This document shows, piece after piece, positions 1 through 14,562 of a stretch of 64,000 nt of DNA. How positions within the stretch are numbered: position 1 is the stretch's first letter; each line of letters starts with the position of its first letter. The position numbers and the translations under genes were made by a program. The DNA comes from Octopus vulgaris (taxonomy: Eukaryota): contig OX597817.1 in assembly GCA_951406725.2 (NCBI GenBank), positions 28,086,001-28,150,000 of the forward strand, given 5' to 3'. The notes beneath the pieces are model-generated. The model searched no databases and was not told the origin of the DNA. It saw only the letters and a program-made list of their open reading frames with translations.

Positions 1-482
1 CCATTTGTGGAAGTTAAGCAATCAATAAATAGACCAGATTGAAATAATTTCTGGTGTCGGTATCGTCAATAAAACTTCCACCATGACTGTAGTTCAATAT
101 TAATATTTCACCTGCTAAGACGAAAGATCGCTTTATTTAGGTATTTTACATTCATCAGAAAATGACAGCCATTTTATACCTTTATAAAGTATTAGTAAGC
201 AAATCACTAAATCCCTAACTTACTTTATGCCATTGAATTTACTATTTACTTCTATATTTAATAATAATTTTGCAAATAGAATACACTTCATTGAAGATTG
301 TCAAAAATGGTGAAATTTGCTTAAACTTTTCGATGCTTCCAATTGAGAATAATATTCTGCTTTACTGAATCCCATTAATTAGCTATTCAACATTTTTATC
401 ATTAATATATGATTACATACAGTTATGCCGTGTATTATAGGTATATTTTTATAAATATGTTTTAATTTCATTATACGCGTGC

Positions 483-564
<82 letters not shown>

Positions 565-566
<2 letters not shown>

Positions 567-1245
567 ACAGGGCTCAGTAAATATTTGCTTTACCGCATAC
601 CGAAGTTTAGAAATAGCACCCAGAGAACCTTGGCTATTTCCTCTACTTTAAAAAGAGATTCCCGGGACAAAAACAAAGTACTCGAAAACAATCCACGCAG
701 GCAGAGATGAAGAATAACGAAAATCAATCGATATTTGATTACCCATATACGCGCTTCAGAATTAGTTCGGTATAAAGAATGTAAAATTTGTACTTTGCCC
801 AAACACTTTCCTCGTTAGCATGGAACTTCACAGTATAATATAATATTAAATTCGGAGGCACTGGAAGAATAGAATGTACCTTTCCAACCAACAGAATTAG
901 ACAGACTACCTACAACGTCAGTGCCGCCGAATTCAAAAATATACGAATGAGGTTCATCACCTTCCCTCGCCTATCCACGTGTGTCGTCAAGTAAAAATCT
1001 ACAGAAAAAACTAGTTTATTATCCGGGAGAAAATTATATTATCAATAATAACAAAGGGTAAAATTAATTAATTAACTAGTAATCAATCATTTTACCAAGT
1101 AGAATTCAGCATGGAAAGGGACCATTTCTCGGTAAATTTAAGTAATATTTTGTAACAGGGTTCAGCAAAGATTTGCTTTACCACATACCGAAGTTTAGAA
1201 ATAGCAGCCCGCGAACCTTAGCTATTTCCTCTACTTTAAAAAGAG
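565..1245. repeat. Non-coding element with ~93-bp direct repeats (565-657 and 1153-1245), pLTR-like partial tandem
   Basis: TAACAGGG(C/T)TCAG...CCGAAGTTTAGAAATAGC...GCTATTTCCTCTACTTTAAAAAGAG occurs twice, 588 bp apart. It starts directly after (TA)n at 483-562. Confidence 0.7.
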
Positions 1246-1247
1246 GG

Positions 1248-2475
1248 AATACTATAAAACAGACTAACAACATCTCCATCAATGACCTAACTGCTTTCCC
1301 TGAATCTGACGAGGAATGTTTCAGGTACCTTGGACTGGATAAAAACATATCTTACGATGGCACCTGTAACAAGACACATGTCACCAAAGAACATTACTGC
1401 CGAATAAAGAAAATATGGACCTCGGAACTGTCTGCATTCAATAAAATTGTAGCCTACAATGTGTCTGCAGCGGCAGTACTCATACCAACATTTGGATTAC
1501 TTCATAAGATGCTTGATGAGATGTGAGCCTTTGATGTTAAAACCCGGAAGATACTAACCAGCATACATAATTTCCACAGCAACAGTGACATAGACTGCCT
1601 CTACCTAAAACGAAAACAATGGGGCAGAAGCTTAACATCAATCCAGACAGTCTTTGAATGTCGTAGCATACCCCTTCGGCAATATCTTTTAATCGAAGTG
1701 TCGAAGTGTATCTCCTGACCAAGTTTTCTTACATGAGGCTGATAACATCATGAGACTTAGAAAGCAGAGCTCCTTGAGCAGCATTCCTTGTCTGATAACC
1801 TTAGATAAATGACCAAAAAAGCTGCACGACTTTACTGCAATGTATCATCAGATGAAAGGGTGAGCGTGTATGAGCAAAAACCATTCGTGGATATGCTAGT
1901 AAAAAGCTCCGAGATGATAGCAACATTAATCCTCAAAGCAGTCTATCATGGACTAACAACCGGGTCACTAACTCCCACATTCGAGAGCAAGGTTTGCAAT
2001 CCAGGAACAGGAAATATCAACTAAATGCTTGATGCACAAAAGGGACAGAGACGCAGGAAAATCAGCAAAATGTGATAGCCGATGCAAACGTCGTGAAGTT
2101 AACACCGAAGATATCACCCACATCATAAGCAGTTGTCCGAAAATGTCCTCACGGTATTATCTACCGATGACACATGATGCTGTAGCTAAGACATTGCACA
2201 ACGAGATCCATCGAAAGGATAACTTCGAGGCCAAATAAATAAGAATCTACAGAATAGTAGAAGCCATAACCACTCATAATAAAAAGTAGTACTGATAGAA
2301 TGTCAGAATGTCCCAGTAAACGCGTGTATAAAATATAAACACAATAGACCTGACATAGCAATTGGGGATAAGAGAATAGAAACTGTGTACGGTTCTGGAA
2401 ATCAGCTGCCTGGCAGATGTTAACTTAAAACTACAGATCAGCGAAATAGAAAATAACTATGCTGAACTATTGAGT
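1248..2475 (+). mobile_element. Decayed R4/Dong-like non-LTR retrotransposon fragment (RT thumb, CCHC knuckle, RLE endonuclease)
   Basis: Translations FRYLGL..KEHYCRIKKIWTSELSAFNK, CKR..EDITHIISSCPKM..HDAVAK and KHNRPDI..LEISC..ENNYAEL. Multiple stops and frameshifts. Confidence 0.85.
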
Positions 2476-2587
2476 AAAACTTTCAAGACATTTATCATTT
2501 AAGTATATATGAGCTTGTCTAGACATACAATTATGTTAATTAGAGTACATAATAAAACAAAACTTATATATCTGCACATACATATAT

Positions 2588-2935
2588 AGATACATACATA
2601 CATACATACATACATACATACATACATACATACATACATACATACATACAAACATAGCCTGTTGATGTTGAAATTCCAATGAAGGAGCCTTGGATCTAGG
2701 TTAGAAACCAGCTCTTTCTTTATTGACAAGAAAGCTTGAAATAAAACTGAATAATGACATACATACATACAGACATACAGACAGACAGACAGACAGACGT
2801 GCATACATACATACATACATACATACATACATGCATACATGCATGCATGCATACATACATACATACATACATACATACATACATACATACATACATACAT
2901 ACATACATGCATGCATGTATGCATGCATACATACT
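2588..2935. repeat. (TACA)n/(GACA)n microsatellite tracts
   Basis: Direct reading. Confidence 0.95.
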
Positions 2936-4468
2936 GAATATCGATGTCGTGAGTCCGACAGCAAATGTTTTGAAAATCGTGACTCTGCGTTGTTCTAACT
3001 GACCTGATAAATTTCTTTTGAACCTGTTAGTTCGAATAAAACAGTACTACCCCACCACACACACACACACATACATATATGTATGTGGGCTTATTAAAAA
3101 AAATATTATTAGCAACAGAAGCAGTACTATTACCCGAAGGTAATATTTATTCCCACTTAAAGGTAGAAGTTATGTCAGAACAGAGAATAGTTAGTATGGA
3201 GGAATCTCTCATATGGGCTTTTGGTGCATATAAACACTCCCCAGGCTTCCTCACTGCTGAGACTACCAGATCACGTGATTTCGGCCCTCTTTGGCCGTAT
3301 CATATGTATGTATATATGTATGTACATGTTTGTGCATGAATAACATTGCTAAGTTCAAACTGGTCCCTCATTTTAATAATTATCCCTTAAGCCTTTATCC
3401 TTCCGAGTTCGTTAAAATGTAGTACCGTTTTAACACCGGGTCAGATTTAATCAATTATTTCTTCCTTAGAAATTCAGTCAATTTGTGGCAATATCAGAAA
3501 TCAATATCATAAAAGTTTTGTATAAATCCCAATATGTCTTGCAATGCTGGACACATATCAAATAAAGGTGGCTTAATCAATAATCAGCGATAAACGATCT
3601 ACCTCTGCCTTTTGAGTAATCTACAAATTACACTAATACCTTAAATTTATTCACCTCATTAGCCCCTATAAATGTGTTGTTTGAGATAACTGAAATGAAT
3701 AAATCATTATCAACTACAGCCATCTATTGACAATGGCCTGAGCCGTCCGACTGAAAAAAGGTGGCACTAATTATCTACCAAATAAGAATCATAGGCACTT
3801 AATATATAGCTTATTTACAATTAGTCATTGTATTATTAAAATGATTTGCCACCTCTTGATGTGTCATAAACTGTGGTTTCAAACATTTAATATAGCGATG
3901 TTTTACGACTAAATAATGAAATGATTTAGATCTTTCGGCTCCATTTGGCGGTGACTAATCTGCAGGTTTTACTTATTCAGTAAATCTTTAAAAAGTTATT
4001 TGTTCAACACAGCATCACTCATTGCTGAATGGTTTGATTGCTGCTTTTCTCTTTCAGTAATGATACATATATTGCAGTTTTAATATGCACTCACCCAATA
4101 TATATACGTGTACATATATACAGACATTCATGCATACATATAGTTGAAGTCCATTTAAGATTCATGGACTGAACATATACACACGATCGCATGCACATAT
4201 AGTGTACGCACACACTCATTGACACACAAACACACATGGAGCACACACACTTGTGTACTAAAGGAACGTGGGCATCTATTATATAAGTGCAAGTTTATCA
4301 ATGCACGCTCGTACATATACCATCACAGAAACCTGCTCACGTACACACAGACCCCAAGATCTATCTTGAAATAAACAAACGAGCCTTGTGATTTTGTTAA
4401 CCTCCAACTTAAACGCCACACAAATAAAATTTAATTAAATCTCAACTGAAAACATACCTATATAGCAT

Positions 4469-4542
4469 GACTCCATAGCTCAGTTAGTTGGAGCTCCAGT
4501 CTAGTAAATTGGAGGTCGAGTGTTCAAATCTCTCTGGAGTCT
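4469..4542 (+). tRNA. tRNA-Thr(AGT) gene or young pseudogene
   Basis: Cloverleaf by eye: acceptor GACTCCA/TGGAGTC, D-stem GCTC/GAGC, anticodon stem CCAGT/ATTGG with loop CT-AGT-AA, T-loop TTCAAAT, and TTTTT about 12 nt downstream. The D-loop lacks GG and the T-stem has one mismatch. Confidence 0.7.
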
Positions 4543-4559
4543 ACATAAGATAATTTTTA

Positions 4560-4733
4560 TAGGCGTAGAAGGGGCTGTATAGTAAGTAGCTTGCTTACCA
4601 ACCACATAGTTCCGGGTTCAGTCCCACTGCGTGGCATCTTGGGCAAGTGTCTTCTACTATAGCCTCGGACCGACCAAAGCCTTGTGAGTGGATTTGGTAG
4701 ACAGAAACGGAAAGAAGCCCGTCGTATTTATGA

Positions 4734-4786
<53 letters not shown>

Positions 4787-4990
4787 TATGTTTGTCCCCC
4801 CAGCATCGCTTGACAACCGATGCTGGTGTGTTTACGTCCCCGTCACTTAGCGGTTCGGCAAAAGAGACCGATAGAATAAGTACTAGGCTAACAAAGAATA
4901 AGTCCTGGTGCCGATTTGCTCGACTAAAGGCGGTGCTCCAGCATGGCCATAGTCACATGACTGAAACAAGTAAAAGAGTAAAGAGAGAGT
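4560..4990 (+). mobile_element. tRNA-derived SINE, family A (internal microsatellite)
   Basis: A/B-box-like head (..GTAAG..GGTTCAGTCCC), body, internal (TG)n and AAAGAG tail. Near-identical copies at 28194, 31700, 35280 and 54232. Confidence 0.9.
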
Positions 4991-7371
4991 AAACAGTATA
5001 TGAATATTCATACATGGCTGCATGTATGCATATTTACATACATCCCTCCATCCATCGATGAATACATACACGCATACGAGAGACACTCCGTGAGTTCATT
5101 ACCCGCTGTAGACAGTAATAATGAAAATCATTGGATTTACATCCACAACACATGAGTTTGATATCGTTATACAATAAATGAGGCAGAAATGTACAAGAAA
5201 TTGTTTCTGTCTAACATTTAAAATCATTACGTTTTTGGACTGGAGAGTATGACCTGTTACTTGCTCCCATCATCTTTTATTGCTTAATCTGTCCCCCCTT
5301 TTTTTTGTTTTGTTTTTTTTCCTTGACGTAATTCGGTAGGATGGTGGTGTTGCTCAATAATTTGACTTTTTATATTTTCATGATTTTCTTTCTTTTGTCT
5401 CTGTAAAAATATGCTGCTAAATAAAAAATTCAAATAAAAAAATTACTGAATTCCAGACATTAATTAACATTTGGAAATTATTTGGAAATGTTGTGCTTTA
5501 TATATTTGACAATTAGTATGTACAGTATTTTTTTTTTTTTTTTTTGGTAGGCTTTACCCACAAGGCTTGTCTCTGAAACATACGTGATGCTGAATATATT
5601 CAAAATAAATAAAAATTAAATTATTTTTCAACCGTACATCTTTTTCTCTCTTGGTTTTAAATTTACGTACACCCATAATAGCTAATGCACTTAGTCTTCT
5701 TACACTAAGTGTTTAAGTAATAGAATGGGAAAATTGGTTTTCAGACCAGGAGACAGATGATTTTTACCAGTATACTGCGACTTTTTTCTTAATAAAATAA
5801 CTGTGAAATTATACAAAACTTTTCTAAAATTCAAGTTGTAATTTTTTTTGTTTTTGATATATCTAAATTGACTCTAACTAGCACATTCAGAGACAACTTG
5901 TGGTTGCAATTATTTTTTTATTAGTATTTCTACTAATATTTTCATTGGACCATTTAAACACTAACTTGCTTTCCTGATATTTTCTTCATTCTCGCTTTCT
6001 TTTCTGTAAGCCGAGTGGCATATATTGGGTGACTGAAATATTGATTATAATAATAAATTGGTGCAAATATTACTTAATGTTGAAAACACCAATTAATATT
6101 GTGTTATTTGGCAATAGATTTCGTGAGGTCTATGTTAAAGCTGAAATGATTTCATAATTGCAGAATCATGACTGCAATTTAAAACAGATAGACTTTACCT
6201 TTTGGACTTGTGTCAAACGCAAGCATGCCTGGCAGCTTTACACTTTGGTCGTCTCTTATATGTTCATGTAACAGGGCTCTAATAGCACAAAGGAGGTACT
6301 GGTTATCATTAATAAAGTATATAGGTCAAAATGATTAGTAGAATACTTGAAAAGCGACAGGAATCTAAGGAACAAATATATTAGGAAAAAGAAAAACAAA
6401 ATAAATACTGAAGTTACACTCCATTCCTTGAGAGTTAAGAACAAGCTAGTAGACAGACCTGATGTGGTCGTTAAACCTATCAAAACTGTAGTAAAATTTC
6501 CGATCTATTTAGGCAAAGATATAAAATAAGAGAGACAACCATAGTTTTCTCTCCTTTCATTAAAAGTCTGCTCAGTCATAGCACACCAAGAGTTAAACAG
6601 TAACTTCGTGAAATTAAATGAGCAAGAAATCGCCTATCGATTAACCTCAAAGAAATAACATCCAAATATCTATAACACCTAACAGAAAAGAGAGAGATAC
6701 ATATTGAATAATGAGATCTTGCTTACATTATGTCTGAGTGAAAAGCAGGATAGACATAGCAAGAATGACATTCATGTTAAATCTGAGAAGAAGAACTTGA
6801 AATAATCTAGTATATCCATATAATAACAATGTCATATCCACATAATAACAATGTCTTACTGATGCAAAATTTTAGGGAATACATAATGTAACGATTATGC
6901 AAATAAGTATGCATTTAACGTTATAAAAACGAATTACGTCATTCACTAATTCTTTATATTTTTAACGAGTAGCCATAGATTATCCACTTCCCGTAGCACA
7001 GACAGAAAAGGTAAGCGAACTCTGAGTGTCAAGAGAGAGAGAACTAGTTGGTTTATTCGTCTTTATAAAATCTCGTAAACCATTTTATGTAACTATTGCA
7101 GCTAATTTTACAGTGAGACTAAATATGTATTTAATAAATATACGAATATGGGTCTGTGTGGATATTTATTCATTTTTCATAATACGCATTATATTGGATT
7201 TGTAGTCGATGCTTCTTCTATATTTATATGTGCATATGCCTGGGTACGTGTGTGTGTCTTATCTTAATCTGTTACACCTATGTCTGTTTCTTTCCTGGTC
7301 TCTCTCTCTCTCTCTTTCTCTCGCGCCGTTTCTGCATATGTATATGTGTGTGTCTGTACACTTATAACTAT

Positions 7372-7373
7372 GT

Positions 7374-7413
<40 letters not shown>

Positions 7414-7454
7414 TTATGCGTGTGCGTCTGTGTCTGTGACTGTGTGTGAATGTA

Positions 7455-7537
<83 letters not shown>

Positions 7538-7745
7538 GAAGGGAAGGAAAGAGAAAAGACGAGAGATGCGTATGCAGGTAAATAGGTGGGTAAGCTGTCA
7601 GATAGCTAGATATATGATTATATATATATGTGTGTGTATATATATATATATATACATGATTATATATATATACGCATGCAAACATATACATTCATACATT
7701 CATTCATATACATCCTCATATACATACATACATACATATATACAA
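7372..7745. repeat. Compound (CA)n/(TA)n/(GA)n microsatellite cluster
   Basis: Direct reading. Confidence 0.95.
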
Positions 7746-8589
7746 TCTATTTGGGATAGATCAAAGTCGAAAGTGTAATAATGCTCATTGTAAGCCAATG
7801 TTAGAGTCAGATTCCAGCATACAATAGCTCTATGACGGACATTACTTTAAATACTTTGTGTGTGTGTTATACTTTGCCCTATTCTAGGTCCTGTTTTCAG
7901 AGAATAAGTGTGATTCAGCTGTCAGCATTGTGCTGCTTTATGAGATCCGGTTTAAAGGTCATTCCTCATTAAGAAGGTAATGTCAACGTTCACAGTGAAC
8001 AACGCGCTAACTATACCCTTCACACTTCAGGCTCCTTTACTGGTGGTGGAATTTATAGCGTATGGAATAAGAATGAACTAACTGATCTTCATATGTCTAA
8101 AGGGAGCTAGCAGACAAGAGTTTGAAAATTTTGAGAATAGTAAGAAGAACCAAGCTGGGATTCTTATTCTCAAAAATAAGATTTTTGTTGTTAGATTGAC
8201 CTCTGGTTTTGATTAAATATATAAAGATCCAACCAGTAAGTGTCTCGTTACTCGCTCGAGATATTAGAAATAAATGCAAGGTCTTCCTTGTATCTCACCC
8301 TGCTGTTTTAAAAAGGGTAATGCAGTACTACATCTTTATATATAAACACATGTCATTTTTCTTAGTGCGGACTCACGGTCAGAATGCTGACGGTTCCGAT
8401 ACCCTCACCAGGTAGCTTGTTGCGTTCTTATGAAAAACACTTTATTTCATATTGCCCCATTTAACACAGCTGAAAATGAGTACCAATAGCAATTTTAGAT
8501 TCACTTTGAAATAGCTTCCTATTCAGGAAGAAAGTAAACCATGGAAAAGAAATAACGTCTAATGAGCTTTTAGGCTAATGACAGACACA

Positions 8590-8930
<341 letters not shown>

Positions 8931-9249
8931 TGGGTGAGGAGTTTCTGTCAACTGACGTAAAGTAATAGGTATGTACTATGATGGCTCAGTAAGGTTTACC
9001 ACGAAATCTTCGGCTTCCACTACAACTGAAAGTGTGGTGCTCAGACTGTCTGTCAGAGGCGGCTAGGAGTGGCTTTTCCTTGAGCAGATAGATACAGAAT
9101 AATGTAAAAATGAAAAAATGAAAAATCAAAGCGTTTAGTATCACTTGAAAAGGAAGTTTAATTTAGATGTATAATATAAACAGAGTCATCTATTTTTAGA
9201 ATATCCAAGCATGTGACTCATCACATTGAGTAAAAATGCCATGAGCTGA

Positions 9250-9765
9250 GTATTCTGCCATCACTCGAAATACACAAATTAAGTAAAAGCAAAAGATAAT
9301 TGAAATCCCTCAAGAAATTGCTCACCAGTACTAAATTACCCTCTACAAACCCCACACCAACAGTCAAAAAGTGTGGGCGCTCTAATTGTGAGACTTGCAT
9401 CAACCTCAATGAAGACGGTAAAAATGAATTTAAATCTGGACAGATTTTTACCTTGTAAAAATCATTTCATCTGTTTGTCAAAAAATTTAATATATGCTAT
9501 TAAAGGTAAAGGACATAATGAGGATTACATAGGTCAAACAATACTTACTCTTAGAAATAGACTAACTATTCATAGACAAATACGAGACGCCAGTATGCCA
9601 GATACCATTTAGTGAACACATAGAAATATGTGCAAGAAATAAGTCTCCCAAGTTCCAAGTCTTTCCACTTTACATTCCTTCAATCAGTTCCACAGACCAA
9701 ACATGGGTAAACAAAGAAAATATATTCATAGAAAAATACAAACCAACACAGAATAGACTTTGACA
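9250..9765 (+). mobile_element. Penelope-like element, decayed GIY-YIG endonuclease fragment
   Basis: VKKCGRSNCETC, then NLIYAIKGKGHNEDYIGQT..LRNRLTIH, then EHIEIC..FPLY..KENIFIEKYKP. Frameshifted. Confidence 0.85.
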
Positions 9766-10213
9766 AACTACATTCACGGGAAATTATTCACACACAATCC
9801 CATTCTACTGCTTCAGCTAACAACCTAAACTTGGACATAATCATGACTGCTAACTGGCAGATTCTACATGTACAGAAATGTTGACTGATTAGAAAAAAAA
9901 GACATATAACTTGATATTTGCACACATAGACACAAACCTGCATACTTGGACGTAAACCGTACCTAGGCTACATAGAAACAACTCTTGCCCACTCTACCAC
10001 TCAACAGATTAAATTTAGAGAACCTTATTTAGCGATTGTCACTAGACACGTTCATTCAACCGTGCCGGCCTTGATTTTCGACACAAAAAATATTGTCACG
10101 TGATAATCACACACGGACGTAGTGGGGAGCATACGAAGATTTCTATTAATCGCGAGATCTTACTCTACAAACTTTGACAGATAAAATTCAGACAGCCTTG
10201 ATTGCTAGGGATA

Positions 10214-10270
10214 TATGGGTGCCAAGGCAAAAAAATGAAAAAATGCAACAACTAGACCCGGTCGCCCCTA
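10214..10270. mobile_element. Solo terminus of the pogo-type transposon family seen at 19412-20703
   Basis: GGGTGCCAAGGCAAAAAAATGAAAAAATGCAACAACTAGACCCGGTCGCCCCTA resembles the reverse complement of 19412-19470. Confidence 0.7.
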
Positions 10271-10878
10271 CAGCTTTCCATCCTTATGAACATGATACTG
10301 ATGTCTTACATTTTAGAAGTTATTCTAATGTACTTCTTGTAGTTCTTTGATCGCGTCAGCCATAATTCAGCAAACATATGATCAAAGTCATCCTGACATA
10401 GACCAGCACTCCATTTTATAAATAATTAAGTGAGTACATTGTGCATCGGGACCTTTCTCTCCTTAAAACGACAGGGCGAGAACTTTGGGAGTTTTGGTCA
10501 CCATTTTCAGCTGATGAAGTGACCACCTAGATGTTCCTGTATTGGCTGGTTAATCCATATAGAATCTTGTGGCATTCGGGGATCTGATTTTCAGGCTCAA
10601 AAAACAAGAGTGTGGTAAATAGGTTATAACGTTGTGTCTGTCAATTGTGAGAGATGTCTTATGATCAAGGAAGTCAACGAGAGAACTGCAATGTGGTTCC
10701 CCGAACGGCCAGAAATGGCAGCCACATTTCTCCCAAACCTCACAGTGCTATAGGACACATTAGACAATATTATCCTTGATATATAGACAATATTAGATAA
10801 TATTGCCTTCTATCCATGGAATAGATAGAATGCCATTGATCGTAGGTTCACACAATTTGGGTTCAACTGATGCTAAAC

Positions 10879-11297
10879 TTATTTCTTTACTACCCACAAG
10901 CGGCTAAACACAGAGGGGACAAACAAGGACAGACAAACGGATTAAGTCGATTATACTGACCCCAGTGAGTAACTGGTACTTATTTAATTGACCCCGAAAG
11001 GATGAAAGGCAAAGTTGACCTCGGCGGAATTTGAACTCAGAACGTAGCGGCGGACGAAATACTTATTTCTTTACTACCCACAAGGGGCTAAACACAGAGG
11101 GGGACAAACAAGGACAGACAAACGCTATAAATCGATTGTACTGACTCCAGTGAGTAACTGGTACTTATTTAATCGACCCCGAAAGGATGAAAGGCAAAGT
11201 CGACTTCGGCGGAATTTGAACTCAGAACGTAGCGGCGGACGAAATACCACAAAGCATTTCGCCCGTCGTGCTAAAGATTCTGCCAGCTCGCCGCCTT
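10879..11297 (-). mobile_element. tRNA-derived SINE family B, tandem dimer
   Basis: Full monomer plus a 5'-truncated second monomer. Matches single copies at 23405 and 43750. Confidence 0.9.
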
Positions 11298-12331
11298 TAT
11301 TTGCCAAAACAACGTAACAAACAGCAAGACCTAGAAAACTGTGAACATCTGCTGATCATATTATTGAACGGAGCAAGGTTTGAAAAATTTAAATTAATTT
11401 TCGTGATTGTTTTAAGCTATAGCTATTAGCTGTTCACCAACGTTGGAGAATCATTGATTATATGCTTAATGGGCCCATTTGTTCGGACAATCAGTCACAA
11501 TTTCACCCATAGTTATTAGCATGTTTCTAAAACTGATTATTTCAAATGTTTTCAATGGACAATTTGCTTTCTTGAATAAAAACTTATCTGAATTTTGGAG
11601 AAAATTGTATTTCCAGATTTCAAACCTACTCTCATAACAAACAATGCTTGGTCAAGATGTGAAAAGAAAGGAACAATGAAAGAAACAATATAATATAATT
11701 AAATAAGTAAATATAGTTCATACATAGCATATCTATTTTACTTTCTACTTTTTATAATAATATTTTTACTAGTGTCAATTTCCAACCACTTGTACAAGAG
11801 ATTTACAACACCCAAGTTCAAAACTAAATTAACAATAAATCCCTCATTCATAGTTTTCGCCAGAAAATTATATTTATTATATAAAAGTGTTGTAATTGAT
11901 TCCATTATTTCAGATTGAACCACCGTTTTTTCTTTCCGTCATTCTCTTTTTCTTAATAGTGATATATAATTTTCAGTTTTTCCTGTTACTTCTATTTCGA
12001 AATATATCTTAACCCTGTTATTCCGTTGTTCTCTTAAATGTTGTTGCTCTAACCGAAAAAAAAAGCGTCTGTTTTTTTTTGGGTATTTATTGCTTCTATT
12101 ATTGTATATTTGTTTGTTTTGATTTTTGTTTATTTGTTGTTTTTTTATCTAATCGATAAAACAAGATAGAGAGCATGATGGATTAAAAATCAAAATAACA
12201 GTGAATATATGAATAAGTTTTCTTTTATTTTTACCTTTTTTTTCTTTCAGTAAGATCAGATACAAGAATGCTAGCAAGTACTAGAAAGAGAGAAACGTCA
12301 ACAACTTTTACTACTTTTACTGCTGCTGCTG

Positions 12332-12376
<45 letters not shown>

Positions 12377-13594
12377 TTACCGCCAATACTACTATTACTA
12401 AAAGCAATGAGAAAAATAGCAATAACAACAACATCGAAAATTACCCCAAAGGGAGAAAATGTATTATATAAACTAATACAATATGTAATTTATTTCCGGT
12501 AATAGATTTTATCGTCAGGTATTTATTACGATCACGAATCTAAATTGTATTCAGAATGAAATAAAGACAAACATTTAAAACATAAAACAAGAGAACAAAT
12601 AGTAAAAACAGTGAAAATATTTTATTTTCTTAGTTTGATTTCTCATTTTTGTTTTTTTATTCATTTATTTTTCAAAGTAAGATATTGTATTTTGCGAAGA
12701 AAAAAAAATAGCAGGAAAACGAGTATATCCATTTACCATTTATCTTAACCTATACGAGAGAACAAATCTATTACCAGTATGATTGGCTTCGTGTATTAAA
12801 TTTGTTTAATGTTAACATAGTTCCTGTCGAATAGTCAGAATGAAGGTAAAACAAAGATAGGCTGAGGTTTAAGTCATAGCTGTTTTAGTAATTTTACCGA
12901 ATAATCAAACAGTTTAGTATTAATTAACACAGGTCAGCCGATCAAGCAAACATATGATAAAAGGCACTACATACATGAGTTTTTCACATTTTCAATACAT
13001 CAGGGACCACATTTTCCCGATATGTTCTATATTATAAACGCTACGGTTTTTAGAAATTCAAGCGGCTGCAAAGAGGGTCACATATTGGTTCAATATGAAG
13101 CAAGTAATATTTAATGTTAACTTATCTTTGAGAGATGGACGTATTCTCCAAATGATGTTCTAAGTTCTCGTCGAACCTTTGTACAAAATCTTAAAAATTA
13201 CTTTGTCTTTAGCACCTAATGCAATATTTTTTTTCCTGAAGAGCTTTGAACTTCCTGTTCGTTCCCCTGACAACTCTCTCTCTCTCTCTCTCTCTCTCTA
13301 TGTCTGTCTATCTATGAACCTATCTATCTCTTCCCTCTGTAAGATCAAAATAGACTGAGATCAAGTGTTACGAAACAAGATAGAAATAACAAAATAATTC
13401 ATAACCCACAGCGATAGCCTACATACAACTACTCTATTTGCTGAAAGTAGCGTCAGATCACTTTCAGTTCACTACTGTCTTAAGGAATGAGACATGCATG
13501 AGCACCTAGAGGAGTTTAATTTTCGATACACTATGAATACATGACTGGATAGTCACGACTTGAACATCATTGATCATTAGCCTACTTCAATCAG

Positions 13595-13889
13595 ATTTTT
13601 CCTTCTCGAGCCATGTCTGGCTCATAAGGCCAATTTCCCGGTTACTTGGCGTATAGGTTCTCCACCTGGATGGTGGGGGCCGATCCGTCGCAGGTGAGCT
13701 GCAAGAGGAAAGAGTGAGATAAAGTTGTGGCGAAAGAATCAGCAGAAGTTTCGCCATTACCTTCTACCGGAGCTGCGTGGATCTTAGGTGTCTTCGCTCA
13801 TAAACACACACATCGCCCGGTCTGAGATTCGAACCTGCGATCCCTCGACTGTGAGTCCGCTGCTCTAACCACTAGGCCATGTGCCTCCA
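13595..13889 (-). mobile_element. tRNA-derived SINE family C (divergent subfamily)
   Basis: Head GGAGGCACATGGCCTAGTGGTTAG..GGTTCGAATC on the minus strand. TSD CTACTTCAATCAG at 13582 and 13890. Inserted in an older repeat. Confidence 0.9.
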
Positions 13890-14039
13890 CTACTTCAATC
13901 AGGACTGACCAAAGTTAAGTAACAAACAGCAACAACAACAAAAATATTATAAGATAATCAATCCCAACTTTACGTCATACTCTCTATAGGAAATTTTTGC
14001 TCAGGTCATCTTTTGAAATCGTTTTGACTTCAACTTATG

Positions 14040-14187
14040 CCGCTTCATATTAAATCTATACTACGTCACATCAGGTCTATGCTGTTTTATATCTGATCCA
14101 TGCTACTTGATATCAGATCTATGCTATTTTATATCAGATCTATACTGCTTCATTTATTATCCATGCTACTTCATATTAGATCTACTT
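14040..14187. repeat. ~21-bp minisatellite, about 7 diverged units
   Basis: Approximate unit ATATCAGATCTATGCTACTTC. Confidence 0.8.
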
Positions 14188-14238
14188 TTAGCATGTCGAA
14201 ACAAATATTTATTCTTTAAAATATTGAAAGCTGCCGCT

Positions 14239-14562
14239 TCACAACCATTTTAATATTACCAGACTCTCAGTTGCTAAACTCTTAAGCAATACAACTAAAA
14301 AACCAGTGTGATATAAATAATATCTCGAACTACATCTCCTCTCACTGTCTTTTATCCTAAATATAACGTTATTGTGCTCTATAGTACTATGAGTGCCATT
14401 GAAATTCAGCGGATTCATTTGCATAAATATGTCGTTATAATGTCGATATTCATGCAACACGGCAACACAATTTTGTTTCCAATCTTTTTCAGCTCGTGAA
14501 CGGTTGTTATTCGCGGTTGTTATTGCTCGTTTTTGATCGAGGAGACCTATGATGAAAGACAT
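14239..14562 (-). pseudogene. Possible highly decayed PIF/Harbinger transposase N-terminal fragment
   Basis: MQMNPLNF..IKDSERRCS..LVVLLKSLATES loosely resembles the FRM..F..KKDT..R..LAVTLRYLATG motif. Weak, by-eye similarity. Confidence 0.3.

Noticed and set aside
14040-14187. Short regularly spaced repeats as a possible CRISPR array (also 18448-18552 and 38670-38808)
   Set aside because: The units are contiguous and diverged with no unique spacers, no cas genes are present, and the context is eukaryotic.
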